Assembly (NCBI GenBank): GCA_034437655.1
Contig: DAOTTU010000001.1
Coordinates: 1,017 to 65,016 of the forward strand
Direction of reading: 5' to 3'
Source of the DNA: Anaerolineae bacterium
Lineage (GTDB): Bacteria > Chloroflexota > Anaerolineae > Aggregatilineales > J027
DNA: 64,000 nt
A program made the position numbers and the translations under genes. Shown here in pieces: positions 34,914 to 44,651 of this stretch. Under the pieces are notes generated by a model, which was given only the letters and a program-made list of their open reading frames with translations, was not told the DNA's origin and did no database searches. How positions within the stretch are numbered: the stretch's first letter is position 1; every line of letters starts with the position of its first letter.

Positions 34914-36209
34914 ATGCAGTTACGAGTTCCAAAACGCTACCAGTCGAAAGCACGACGTCGGCGGGGGTTTCTCAAGCGGCGTAGCACATGGTTATTTCTG
35001 TTTGCGGTGCTGGCCAGCGTTGCTGCGTACTTTATCTTGCGCAATCCGGTGCCGTTCCGCGCCGGGGCGACCAACTTTGCTAACAATGTCGGCAACGAAA
35101 TCAGTCAGACCCGTTCCGAGATGTTCCCCGACGCGCCTACAGCCACCCCCGACGTGCGTCAGGATATTGTCGAGTGCGAAAACGCTTACATGCTTGGGGA
35201 TTTGAATACGGTCATGGAGGCCTGTCAGCGGGCATTGGTCGGCCGGCCAAATGACGTAGAATTGCATCACCGCGAAGCCTATACGCTCGTGATTACCTCT
35301 AGCCTCGGCCAGAATACTGATCGCATTAATGAGGCCATAGAGATTGCTGACCTCACCATCCTCGCCAATCCATTGGCACCCGAAGGATATGCCGTCAAAG
35401 CGATGGCGCTGGACTGGGGGCGGCGGCATGCCGAGGCATTGCCTTATGCGTTGCGTGCGTTGGAAATTGACCCCAATCATACCATGGCCAAAGCCCATCT
35501 CGGGAATATCTACCGCAACCTTGGCCGCCCTGAACTGGCGCGGCCGCTATTGCAAGAAGCGCTTGAAGATGTACAGAACGGGAGTGTTACGCCCGAAACC
35601 CGCGCTCAGGCCTACCGCAACTACGGGCGTTTCCTGGCCAGTAGTGCAGACGCTGACTTTGATGCTGCGCTCGAAGCAATGCAGGTGGCCCGGCAAGCTA
35701 TGCCCAGCCATACTTATATCGCCATTGAAATGTCCGATATTTATCTTGCGCAGGGACAACCCAACCAACAGCTTGAAATTCTCGAAAACGCACTACAGGC
35801 AAACCCGCTTGATATTTCGCTACTCTCACGGCTGGGAGATGTTTACTACAATCAAGGGCTGACCACACCCGCCACAGATATGTATACGCGGTGTCTGGAT
35901 CGTGACCCGAACTTTGTCAACTGTCTGTCGCCGTTGGGGCGCATTCAGTACCTCACCAATCGCAATTATGAAATTGCACTCGGGCACTTCGAAAATGCCA
36001 TCGAAAACGGCTCCACCAATCCGTATGATTGGTATTTGTTGGGACGTTCGCATTACAATTTGCAACAGTGCCAGTTTGCAGGCGACCCCTTGCGGCGGGG
36101 TTATGAATTGCTGCAAGAAGACATCGCAGCAGATAGCCCGAGCCCCTTCGTCGGCATTGAGGACTTCGTGCGGGCTTTCCGTGAATGTGGGTTGCCTGCG
36201 CCAAATTAG
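34914..36209 (+). CDS. Membrane-anchored TPR-repeat protein
   Basis: N-terminal TM helix (WLFLFAVLASVAAYFIL) followed by multiple TPR-like repeats. Confidence 0.7.
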   Translation: MQLRVPKRYQSKARRRRGFLKRRSTWLFLFAVLASVAAYFILRNPVPFRAGATNFANNVGNEISQTRSEMFPDAPTATPDVRQDIVECENAYMLGDLNTVMEACQRALVGRPNDVELHHREAYTLVITSSLGQNTDRINEAIEIADLTILANPLAPEGYAVKAMALDWGRRHAEALPYALRALEIDPNHTMAKAHLGNIYRNLGRPELARPLLQEALEDVQNGSVTPETRAQAYRNYGRFLASSADADFDAALEAMQVARQAMPSHTYIAIEMSDIYLAQGQPNQQLEILENALQANPLDISLLSRLGDVYYNQGLTTPATDMYTRCLDRDPNFVNCLSPLGRIQYLTNRNYEIALGHFENAIENGSTNPYDWYLLGRSHYNLQQCQFAGDPLRRGYELLQEDIAADSPSPFVGIEDFVRAFRECGLPAPN

Positions 36210-36214
36210 CGCGA

Positions 36215-39064
36215 TTAACCACTTTCCTCCATATCGAACCAGTTTTTGCCGACTGACGTCTCGACCTTGAGTGGCACGGATAACTCATAAGCAGACTCCA
36301 TCGTCTTCACCACCAGTTCGCGGGTAGCACTGACATCTGCCTCGGCCACTTCAAGCACCAACTCGTCATGCACCTGTAGAATCAAGTGTGCATCTAGCCC
36401 AGATTCGCGCAGGTTAGCGTGCAGATTCAGCAGAGCCAATTTCAAAATATCGGCGCTGGTGCCCTGAATCGGCATGTTAATCGCTTCACGCTCGGCGCGT
36501 TGGCGAACGTTATTGTTCACCCCAAAGTGTTGCAGCACACTGAAGTTACGTCGCCGCCCCAGTAACGTTGTGACATAGCCATGTTCACTGGCAAAGGCTT
36601 TGCTTTCGTCCAGATACTTTTTCACACCCGGGAAGCGCTCAAAGTAGGCTTCAATAAATTCACGTGCTTCACCCAATGTCAGGTCTGAGCTTTGTGCAAG
36701 GCGATAGGCCCCCATGCCATACATCAACCCAAAGTTCACTGTCTTGGCAAAGCTGCGTTGCTCATAGCTGACGTCCTCAATGGCGATATGATGCACCGCA
36801 GCGGCCGTACTGGCATGGATGTCACGCCCCTGCTGGAAGGCGTCAATCAAGGCTGCATCTCCCGAAAAGTGTGCCAGAATCCGCAATTCGATCTGCGAAT
36901 AGTCTGCGCCCAACAGGACATACCCTTCTGGCGCGATGAATGCCTTACGAATCCGGCGGCCTTCTTCGGTGCGGATGGGGATGTTTTGCAGGTTGGGGTC
37001 GCTGGAGGAGAAGCGGCCGGTCGTCGTGCCCGTCTGGTTATAGGAGGTATGAATGCGCCCTGTCACGGGATGAACCAGCGCGGGCAGAGCATCAACATAG
37101 GTGCTTTTGAGCTTTTGCACCTGCCGATATTCAAGTACCTTGGGGATGATGGGGTGTTCGTCACGCATGTTTTCGAGCGTGTCGGCTGTCAGTGAATAAT
37201 TGCCACTTTTGGTCTTTTTAACGCCACGTGTGGAGAGTTGCAGCTTGCCAAAGAGAACATCTGCGAGTTGCTGCGTGCTGTTGATGTTAAACTCGCCATA
37301 GCTGCTTTCAAGGAAGATGTCTTGCTCAAGCTGGTGCAACTGCTGGCTGAGTTCTGCGCTGACCCCGTGCATAAAGTCTACGTCCAGCAATACACCCTGC
37401 ATTTCTATGTCCGCGATGATCGGCACCAGTGGCATTTCCATCTCATCTAGCAAGGCTTGCAGACGATCATGGTGGCTGAGTTCAGCTTCCAGCTTAACCC
37501 GTAGCGCAAACAACAAGGCCGCATCAGCCGCTGCATATTTCGCCGCTTCGGCAATCGGTACCCGCGCCATCGTGATCGCTTTTTTGCCTTTGCCGATGAG
37601 TTCGGTGATTTCCGTCATCTGAATGCTGAGGTAGTCCAGCACCATATCTTTCAAACCAAGCCGCGCCGCCGGGTCCAGCAACCAGCGTGCAATCATCGTG
37701 TCGTAACCAACAGGCTGCACATCCAACCCATAGCGCCGCAAGACCATCAGGTCATATTTGGCATTCTGGGCAATTTTGGAAATGTCAGGGTTCGTGAGGG
37801 CTGGCCGTATGGCTTCGATCACGTGTTCGAGCTTGAGTTGGGGCGGCGGGGGTGCGTCTAATAAAGAACCCTGGCTTAGTTCACCACTGGCAGCGGCCGC
37901 ACTGTGTTCAGGCAACAACCCTTCCCGGGCCCCATCTTCGGCGTTGGGGTCAATGTGCCCGAGGGGGATGTAATAGCCATGCGCGGCGGTGGTCGCCAGT
38001 GAAATCCCGACCAGGTACGCTTGCATCTGGTCAACACTGGTGGTTTCGGTGTCAAAGGCGATCATCGCAGCAGCGTTGAGTTCTTCAACGAGGGCGTTGA
38101 GCTTTTCCGGCGTATCAACAATGGTATAGGACACATCCGCTTCAGTCGCGGCTTCTTCAGCGGTGGCCGGCGTATCAGCAATAGATTCGTCGGCGTGTAG
38201 TTCTCGCAGGCGGCGGCGAAAACTGCGAAATTCGAGTTCTTCGAAGAGCGCGTCCACTGTAAAGGGGTCGTAATCGGTCGCGATACACTGATCCAGCACA
38301 ATATCAATCGGGAGATCACGTTGAATGGTCGCCAATTCTTTGCTGAGATAGGCCAGTTCGCGCCCGGCATCCAGTTTTTTATGCTGTGAACCTCTGATCT
38401 CGTCAAGGTGTTCGTAAATCCCCTCTACGCTGTCATACTGCCCCAACAGCTTGAGCCCGGTCTTTTCACCGATGCCTTTTACCCCCGGGATATTGTCAGA
38501 ACTGTCGCCCATTAAGCCTTTCAAGTCGGGGAGTTGTGCCGGGGTCAGGCCCGGGTATTTTTCCGCATAACCGTTCAGATCATACACCACATCATCATCA
38601 CCACGTTTCGGAAGCTGCACATGGATATGCGCGGTAACAAGCTGCAACAGGTCACGGTCGCCAGTGATGATGCGAATACGGCACCCTTCGTTTTCGGCCT
38701 GCGTCGCGACGGTACCAATCACATCGTCGGCTTCGTAACCGTCAACTTCCAGCACAGGGATATTGAAGCTGTCAACAAGCTGCTTAATCCGCTGAATTTG
38801 TATAGCCAATTCTTCGGGCATATCGTCGCGATTGGCTTTGTAGTCGCTGTAGATTTCCTCGCGCCCACTCAAGCCCGCGTCAAAGCATACCGCAACATAG
38901 TCGGGGTTTTCATCGAGTACATCCAGAATCACCCGTGTGAATCCATAAACGGCAGTGGTCGGTTCCCCGGCACTGGTTGAAAACGCGGCAGATTTCAGGG
39001 CGTGGTGTTGTCGGTAGGCAACGGCGTGGGCATCAATAAGCACAAGCAAGGGACGGTCTGACAT
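36215..39064 (-). CDS. polA: DNA polymerase I
   Basis: 949 aa. It has a 5'-nuclease domain (LIDAHAVAYR), a 3'-5' exonuclease region (FDTETTS), and polymerase motifs DYSQIELR, RRxAKxxNFGxxYG and QVHDE. Confidence 0.95.
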   Translation of the reverse strand: MSDRPLLVLIDAHAVAYRQHHALKSAAFSTSAGEPTTAVYGFTRVILDVLDENPDYVAVCFDAGLSGREEIYSDYKANRDDMPEELAIQIQRIKQLVDSFNIPVLEVDGYEADDVIGTVATQAENEGCRIRIITGDRDLLQLVTAHIHVQLPKRGDDDVVYDLNGYAEKYPGLTPAQLPDLKGLMGDSSDNIPGVKGIGEKTGLKLLGQYDSVEGIYEHLDEIRGSQHKKLDAGRELAYLSKELATIQRDLPIDIVLDQCIATDYDPFTVDALFEELEFRSFRRRLRELHADESIADTPATAEEAATEADVSYTIVDTPEKLNALVEELNAAAMIAFDTETTSVDQMQAYLVGISLATTAAHGYYIPLGHIDPNAEDGAREGLLPEHSAAAASGELSQGSLLDAPPPPQLKLEHVIEAIRPALTNPDISKIAQNAKYDLMVLRRYGLDVQPVGYDTMIARWLLDPAARLGLKDMVLDYLSIQMTEITELIGKGKKAITMARVPIAEAAKYAAADAALLFALRVKLEAELSHHDRLQALLDEMEMPLVPIIADIEMQGVLLDVDFMHGVSAELSQQLHQLEQDIFLESSYGEFNINSTQQLADVLFGKLQLSTRGVKKTKSGNYSLTADTLENMRDEHPIIPKVLEYRQVQKLKSTYVDALPALVHPVTGRIHTSYNQTGTTTGRFSSSDPNLQNIPIRTEEGRRIRKAFIAPEGYVLLGADYSQIELRILAHFSGDAALIDAFQQGRDIHASTAAAVHHIAIEDVSYEQRSFAKTVNFGLMYGMGAYRLAQSSDLTLGEAREFIEAYFERFPGVKKYLDESKAFASEHGYVTTLLGRRRNFSVLQHFGVNNNVRQRAEREAINMPIQGTSADILKLALLNLHANLRESGLDAHLILQVHDELVLEVAEADVSATRELVVKTMESAYELSVPLKVETSVGKNWFDMEESG

Positions 39065-39185
39065 TATGATTCCTCAATCAAATTGGTCGTCATCATAGAT
39101 GCGATCAACGAACACTTGTGCGGATTATAGCATATCCACTATCATTCAGCGGAACCTAAATCCAACGGGAGAAAGCACACACAGC

Positions 39186-39527
39186 ATGAACACCGACACC
39201 CTGCACGCACTCATCCAATCCACCGTTGACCTGTATGCCCGCTTTGACCGTCCATTCAACCGGGACCGTCAATTGCCCATTTTTGAAGAAGAAGTCCGTG
39301 AATTGATTGAAGCAGCCCGTGACGGCACCAACACTGCCCACGTCGCTGAAGAAGCGGGCGATGTTTTCGTGACGGCGATTGGCCTGGCATTGGCGGCCGG
39401 CGCAACACCCGAACAGCTTATGCAACAGGCGCAGGCCGTTATCGACAAAAACAACGCCAAAACACATGCCACCCACCACGTAAACGCGCATGGAAAGATC
39501 GCCCGCCGCAAACCAGAGACCGAGTAA
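39186..39527 (+). CDS. MazG-like nucleoside triphosphate pyrophosphohydrolase domain protein
   Basis: EEEVRELIEA...EEAGDV (an ExxE...ExxD-type motif). I prefer the ATG at 39186 after GGGAGAAAG; the track ORF starts at 39099. Confidence 0.55.
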   Translation: MNTDTLHALIQSTVDLYARFDRPFNRDRQLPIFEEEVRELIEAARDGTNTAHVAEEAGDVFVTAIGLALAAGATPEQLMQQAQAVIDKNNAKTHATHHVNAHGKIARRKPETE

Positions 39528-39635
39528 CTTAGCAATCTCGCACAAATTGTGACGTTTGTTGAGTTTTCTATCATCCTTTTATCATGCGTATCTGTTAGAC
39601 TATTCAGGTTCAATTAGTTGCTGAAATGAGGATTC

Positions 39636-41486
39636 ATGCAGAAACGGGACGATATTCGTAATATCGCGATTATTGCGCACGTTGACCACGGCAAAACCAC
39701 GCTGGTCGACGGGATGCTGAAGCAGGCCAACGTCTTTCGAGAGGGCCAATCCATTGAAGACCGCGTGCTGGACAACAACGACCTCGAACGCGAACGCGGC
39801 ATTACTATCCTGGCGAAAAATACTGCCATCACCTGGAACGATGTCAAACTCAATATCGTAGACACCCCCGGCCACGCGGATTTTGGCGGCGAGGTTGAGC
39901 GTGTGTTAAACATGGTCGATGGTGCGCTGCTGCTCATTGACGCTGTGGAAGGGCCCATGCCGCAAACCCGTTTCGTGTTGCGCAAGGCACTTGAGCTTGG
40001 ATTGCGTGTGATCGTCGTCATCAATAAGATTGACCGTCCCTTCCAGCGGGCTGACGACGTACTTAACGAAACTTTTGACCTATTCATTGAACTCGGTGCA
40101 ACGGACGAACAGGCCGACTTCCCGGTTGTGTATGCCATCGGGCTGCATGGCAAGGCAGGGCATACAGCAGACAGCCTTGAAGACACGCTCGAACCGCTTT
40201 TTGAAACCATCTTAGAGGAAATACCGCCCCCCCAGATTGACACCGAACAACCAGCACGCCTCCTCGTTACAACACTGGAATATGACACCTACAAAGGGCA
40301 ACTTGGTATCGGGCGGTTACAGTCTGGTATCCTCAAGCGCGGTATGTCGGTGGTCCGCATTACGCCAGATGGCAAGCGCATTCCCGGCAAAATCGAGTAT
40401 CTTTTTACCCATCATAACCTGACCCGCGAAGAAATTGATCAGGCTGAAGCCGGCGATATTGTGGCGTTCGGTGGGCTGGATGTCGTTCAAATCAGTGATA
40501 CTATCGCCCATACCGACGTGAAAGAGGGGTTGCCACCCATTTCGGTTGAAGAACCAACCGTGCGCATGATGTTCGGTGTCAACACATCCCCTTTCGCCGG
40601 GCGTGAAGGCAAAACCGGCTATGGCACGTCACGACGTTTGCGGCAACGCTTCATGGAAGAAACCCGCAGTAATGTGGCGCTCCGGGTTGCAGACGGTGAA
40701 AGCCCCGAAAAATTCATCATCAGCGGGCGTGGGGAACTGCATCTGGGTATTTTGATTGAAACCATGCGTCGCGAGGGGTATGAGTTCGAGGTCAGTGCGC
40801 CCGAAGTTATCTACAAAGAAGACCCTGAAACAGGTGCTGTGCTGGAACCGATTGAAGAAGTTGAGATTGAAGTTGCCGATGAAATGGCCGGCACCGTGAT
40901 GGAAATGCTCGGCTCACGTAAGGCAACGATGGCGAATATGCACAGCCAGAACGGGACCACATTTATACGCTATTTTGTCCCCACACGGTTGTTGATTGGC
41001 TTTCAGTCCCAGTTTATGCGGGCGACCAGTGGCATGGGGCAAATTCACAGCATCTTCCACGGTTACGAACCACTCGCGGGCGGCGAAATTCCACAGCGGC
41101 GCTTTGGGAGCCTGGTCGCATGGGAGCGCGGTACGTCAACGAGCTATGCACTGGTCAACGCGCAGCAACGCGGCACGTTCTTCATTGGCCCGGGTGTCGA
41201 AGTCTATGAGGGCATGATCGTCGGCGAAAATATCCGCCCTGAAGACCTTGCTGTTAACGTCGCCAAGGCCAAGCATGTCACCAATCACCGCGCCAAGCCC
41301 AGCGAAACTGTAGACGGGCTGACCCCACCGCGCCAGTTGAGCCTGGACGACTGCATTGAATTCCTTGCCGAAGACGAATTGCTAGAAGTTACGCCAAACA
41401 GTTTGCGCCTGCGGAAGCGCATTCTCAACAACGACGAGCGCCAGAAAGAAGTCAAACGTCGCAAAGCGCTGCTTGAAAGCAGTTAG
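39636..41486 (+). CDS. typA: Translational GTPase TypA/BipA
   Basis: [25 protein letters not shown] and NKID G-motifs. 616 aa with BipA-like C-terminal domains. Confidence 0.9.
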   Translation: MQKRDDIRNIAIIAHVDHGKTTLVDGMLKQANVFREGQSIEDRVLDNNDLERERGITILAKNTAITWNDVKLNIVDTPGHADFGGEVERVLNMVDGALLLIDAVEGPMPQTRFVLRKALELGLRVIVVINKIDRPFQRADDVLNETFDLFIELGATDEQADFPVVYAIGLHGKAGHTADSLEDTLEPLFETILEEIPPPQIDTEQPARLLVTTLEYDTYKGQLGIGRLQSGILKRGMSVVRITPDGKRIPGKIEYLFTHHNLTREEIDQAEAGDIVAFGGLDVVQISDTIAHTDVKEGLPPISVEEPTVRMMFGVNTSPFAGREGKTGYGTSRRLRQRFMEETRSNVALRVADGESPEKFIISGRGELHLGILIETMRREGYEFEVSAPEVIYKEDPETGAVLEPIEEVEIEVADEMAGTVMEMLGSRKATMANMHSQNGTTFIRYFVPTRLLIGFQSQFMRATSGMGQIHSIFHGYEPLAGGEIPQRRFGSLVAWERGTSTSYALVNAQQRGTFFIGPGVEVYEGMIVGENIRPEDLAVNVAKAKHVTNHRAKPSETVDGLTPPRQLSLDDCIEFLAEDELLEVTPNSLRLRKRILNNDERQKEVKRRKALLESS

Positions 41487-42223
41487 TCGCTGCTGCATCC
41501 ACAAAATTTCGCAAACCGCTCCTCGTCACCATTGCGCCAGAAACCCTGGGCTTTGCGTTTGGCGAGGAGTTTTTTCACCTGTTCCGGCGGCAGGTCGGGC
41601 CCACCGCCTAGCTGTTGCACCTGAAAGATAATCTTCGCAGTATATTCCAGATATTCTAAACGTTCATACGCCGACCATACATCTGTCGCGGCTGTCAGTG
41701 ACCCGTGATAGGCCAGCACAATCGCGTCGTGTTCTTTGATCAAGTCGCGGATGGCATCGCTATTTTCGGTGCTAGAGGGCGTCGAATAAGGCGCAGTCGG
41801 CACCAACCCCAGTTCCACAACCGCTTCTGGCACCAAACAACGTTGCAAACTAATCCCCGCGACACTCAACGCCACCGTGACGGGTGGGTGCGCGTGAACC
41901 ACCGCATGTAGATCATCGCGCTGGCGATAGACTTCAAGGTGCATGGCCAGTTCCGAGGTGGGTTGCAGGTCAGCATTTTCGGGCGTTGTGGGCCCAATCT
42001 TTTCGCCCTGCATATTCACAATGATAAGCTGCCCGGGCGACATGAAGCCCTTTGCCAGTCCGGAAGGTGTTGCTAAAATGCGGTTTGCGTCCAGGCGTAC
42101 AGAAACATTGCCCGCCGCGCCATCAATCATGCGGAACTGATGCAATAAGCGCCCTATTTTGCAAATCATCTCGCGGAGTTGTTGCTCATGCGTGGAAGGT
42201 TTATGCTCAGTCACGTGCATCAC
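41483..42223 (-). CDS. Class II aldolase/adducin-family protein
   Basis: [14 protein letters not shown] and VLAYHG motifs. It is convergent with typA and overlaps it by 4 nt. Confidence 0.7.
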   Translation of the reverse strand: MMHVTEHKPSTHEQQLREMICKIGRLLHQFRMIDGAAGNVSVRLDANRILATPSGLAKGFMSPGQLIIVNMQGEKIGPTTPENADLQPTSELAMHLEVYRQRDDLHAVVHAHPPVTVALSVAGISLQRCLVPEAVVELGLVPTAPYSTPSSTENSDAIRDLIKEHDAIVLAYHGSLTAATDVWSAYERLEYLEYTAKIIFQVQQLGGGPDLPPEQVKKLLAKRKAQGFWRNGDEERFAKFCGCSSD

Positions 42224-42240
42224 AGGTATTCATCCTCATC

Positions 42241-42816
42241 ATGTTGACCTATCTAGAAGCCGGCCCCGGCCTCGCTATTGTGATGTGGATTCAGTCGCGC
42301 CGCAACCCGTGGTCCGACCGAATAGCGCGTGCCTTGAATGTTTTGGGTCACCCCGCCGTCAGCGCAACGCTAATTTCTGCCTATGCCCGCCAGCAGGGAA
42401 ATTTACCACTGGTGACCAGAGTGCGACGGGTCACCGTCTGGCAACTGGTCATTATCTACGGTCTGAAGCTGATCTTGCGCCGGCCGCGCCCGCACCTTGC
42501 CCGTCCAGAGCAGGTCACAGGCCTGGTCTGGCAACCCGGCTACGGCATCCTCAGCGGGCACGTGATGGGGGCGCTGGTGTATGGACTAATTATCGCCCAA
42601 ACATCCGAGCAACGCGCACTGATAACAGCAACAGGTGCTTACACTGTTTTGGTCGCCTGGGCCCGGATGTACCTGGGCGTGCATTATCCTCAAGATGTGG
42701 TCATTGGCGCAGCGTTGGGGTTGCTCATCATTTTACATTATGAGCGTACCAGCCACCCGCCACGCCCCGACCAGATAGTGACGCACCTTAGACTTCCCAG
42801 ATGGTGTCGCCGTTGA
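42241..42816 (+). CDS. PAP2-family phosphatase
   Basis: KLILRRPRP, SGH and ARMYLGVHYPQD match the K(x6)RP / SGH / SR(x5)H(x3)D signature. I prefer the ATG at 42241; the track ORF starts at 42052. Confidence 0.7.
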   Translation: MLTYLEAGPGLAIVMWIQSRRNPWSDRIARALNVLGHPAVSATLISAYARQQGNLPLVTRVRRVTVWQLVIIYGLKLILRRPRPHLARPEQVTGLVWQPGYGILSGHVMGALVYGLIIAQTSEQRALITATGAYTVLVAWARMYLGVHYPQDVVIGAALGLLIILHYERTSHPPRPDQIVTHLRLPRWCRR

Positions 42817-43174
42817 GGATTTGTTCAAGGTTACGCTGAAACTGCTGCGCGTTGAGTGGCTTACCAAGAAAGCCATCAAAGCCAGCTTGCCGCGCCCGGT
42901 CAATTTCGCTGATATGGACGCTGTAGGCAACAATGGGCGTGTTATTCAGCAACGGGTTGTCACGCAACACGGCGAAGATGTCAAAGCCATCATAGTTCGG
43001 AAATTCGAGGTCCAGGAAGATCACCGACGGTACCCCTACCGCGTCGATGGTCTCCTCAACAGCCTGAGGTGATTCGATAGCAACAGTTTTTACACCATGT
43101 TGCTCCAGTAGTGTTAACAACACGTCATTGTTCAACGGGTTGTCGTCGATAACGAGTGCAGAGTAGCCTGTCAT
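42788..43174 (-). CDS. Stand-alone response-regulator receiver (CheY-like)
   Basis: VIDDN, IFLDLEFPNYDG and KP motifs. I prefer the ATG at 43174 (MTGYSALVIDD); the track ORF extends to 43231. Confidence 0.75.
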   Translation of the reverse strand: MTGYSALVIDDNPLNNDVLLTLLEQHGVKTVAIESPQAVEETIDAVGVPSVIFLDLEFPNYDGFDIFAVLRDNPLLNNTPIVAYSVHISEIDRARQAGFDGFLGKPLNAQQFQRNLEQILNGDTIWEV

Positions 43175-43199
43175 AATTATACCCCTTGTCCAAAAAAGG

Positions 43200-43607
43200 T
43201 TAGTTCGCAAACCAGACGACTTCACCCTCAATAAGCGCCTTAATTTGCTGTGGAAAATCGATCAAGCTAATCGGTTTGCTGATAAAACCCGAAAAGCCAT
43301 AGGCGCGTGCCTTAGACATTTCTATCGAGGGATCAGCAGCAGAAAGTGCAACAATCGGGACTGCATTAAAATGTTCGTCCTCTCGAATTGCATTAAAAAT
43401 GTCGTAGCCAGAAACGTTGTCGGGCAGCATCAAGTCCAGCAAGATGAGGTCTACCGGAGCGAAGTCATGCAACCGTCGCAGGGCGTCGTCAGTTCCCCAA
43501 CGTTCAAAACGCATTGAGGCCCCATGTTGTTCCAGCACGAGCTGTACCAACGAACGATTGGTAAGGTCGTCTTCTACGTAAAATATACGTTTGCCTTTAA
43601 GTAACAC
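43200..43607 (-). CDS. Stand-alone response-regulator receiver (CheY-like)
   Basis: YVEDD, ILLDLMLPDNVSG, ALSA and KP motifs. Confidence 0.8.
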   Translation of the reverse strand: MLLKGKRIFYVEDDLTNRSLVQLVLEQHGASMRFERWGTDDALRRLHDFAPVDLILLDLMLPDNVSGYDIFNAIREDEHFNAVPIVALSAADPSIEMSKARAYGFSGFISKPISLIDFPQQIKALIEGEVVWFAN

Positions 43608-43654
43608 CAGTTGATTTCTCCTTTACTGGTTGAGTTTGACTGTATGTAGTGAGC

Positions 43655-44233
43655 CTATTGCAACGTCAGCATCATGACTGCTTCACGAGCAGCCGTCCGG
43701 ACATGCGGGTTCATATGCTGGGTAAACGGCTGGATAAAGACCACAGCACGATTATCACCGAGGGCCGCGAGTGCGTCCATGACTTGCGTTTGTACTGAAA
43801 TTGAGTGTGTATAGCGCAATACTGCAATCAGCGTGTGCAGTGCTTCTTGTCGTTGTTGTTGACGAATGTAGCCAATGATACGCATCTGAACAGTAGGAAT
43901 GGCATAAGGCAATGCTTTCAGGAGTGTTTGCGTAGTTGTATTGCAACGATTTCTTTCAAGGTATTCGAAGACCAGATGCCCGATCATCGGGTGCGATGAA
44001 GTCAACATGTCATGCAGCAATCGGTCGTCAATACAGTCCATATGTTCAAGAAAAAGCTGGGCGGATTCGTAGCTCTGATAGCCGCGATGTTGCTGAATTG
44101 ACGCAATCAGGCGTCCTTGGATACTGTCCAGGCTATATGCAGCCAACCGTTGCCGGGCTGCTTCTCGCACAGAAAATTCGGGGCTGTCAAGATACGTAAA
44201 CAGCTCATCCAGTTGTTTTTCTTGATCGGTCAT
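43655..44233 (-). CDS. HEAT-repeat protein
   Basis: HEAT/PBS-lyase-like repeats (SVREAARQRLA; ALAALGDNRAV...HMNPHVRTAAREAV). The start is uncertain: the ATG at 44233 avoids overlap with the upstream REC gene, while the track ORF extends to 44269. Confidence 0.55.
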   Translation of the reverse strand: MTDQEKQLDELFTYLDSPEFSVREAARQRLAAYSLDSIQGRLIASIQQHRGYQSYESAQLFLEHMDCIDDRLLHDMLTSSHPMIGHLVFEYLERNRCNTTTQTLLKALPYAIPTVQMRIIGYIRQQQRQEALHTLIAVLRYTHSISVQTQVMDALAALGDNRAVVFIQPFTQHMNPHVRTAAREAVMMLTLQ

Positions 44234-44240
44234 TGTTCTC

Positions 44241-44651
44241 TCAATCACCAATGTGCCAAACATGTTCACCTCTCACAATGCGCTCAATCAAGGACGGGAA
44301 CTCCTGTACGCTCAGCGGCTTGGCAATTGCACCATCAAAGCCACTTTCACGCAGTTGCTCAACCTCTTCGTTCATCACACTAGCAGTGAGCGCCACAATC
44401 TTCGAGTTTTGTAACGTTTCCAACGCACGGAGCTGGCGTAGCATTTCAAAGCCATCAATCGGCTTGACGTGAATATCCAACAAAATGATTGTTGGGGATG
44501 GTTGCAATGCCTGTACCCGCTGAACAAAGTCCGCGCTGTCTGCAAGCATCACCAGCGAGTCGGCCTCAATGATGTTATCGACAAGCATCTGCATCACATC
44601 ACGGCTCAGTGGGTCGTCTTCCACATAGAGAATATGCTCATGAATGGGCAT
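44241..44651 (-). CDS. Stand-alone response-regulator receiver (CheY-like)
   Basis: YVEDD, ILLDIHVKPIDG, ALTA and KP motifs. Its start overlaps the 3' end of the kinase gene by 14 nt. Confidence 0.8.
   Translation of the reverse strand: MPIHEHILYVEDDPLSRDVMQMLVDNIIEADSLVMLADSADFVQRVQALQPSPTIILLDIHVKPIDGFEMLRQLRALETLQNSKIVALTASVMNEEVEQLRESGFDGAIAKPLSVQEFPSLIERIVRGEHVWHIGD

Noticed and set aside
39614-40288. 224-aa ORF antisense to typA
   Set aside because: The translation is Ser-rich and low in complexity, and it lies opposite a highly conserved GTPase gene. It is a shadow ORF.
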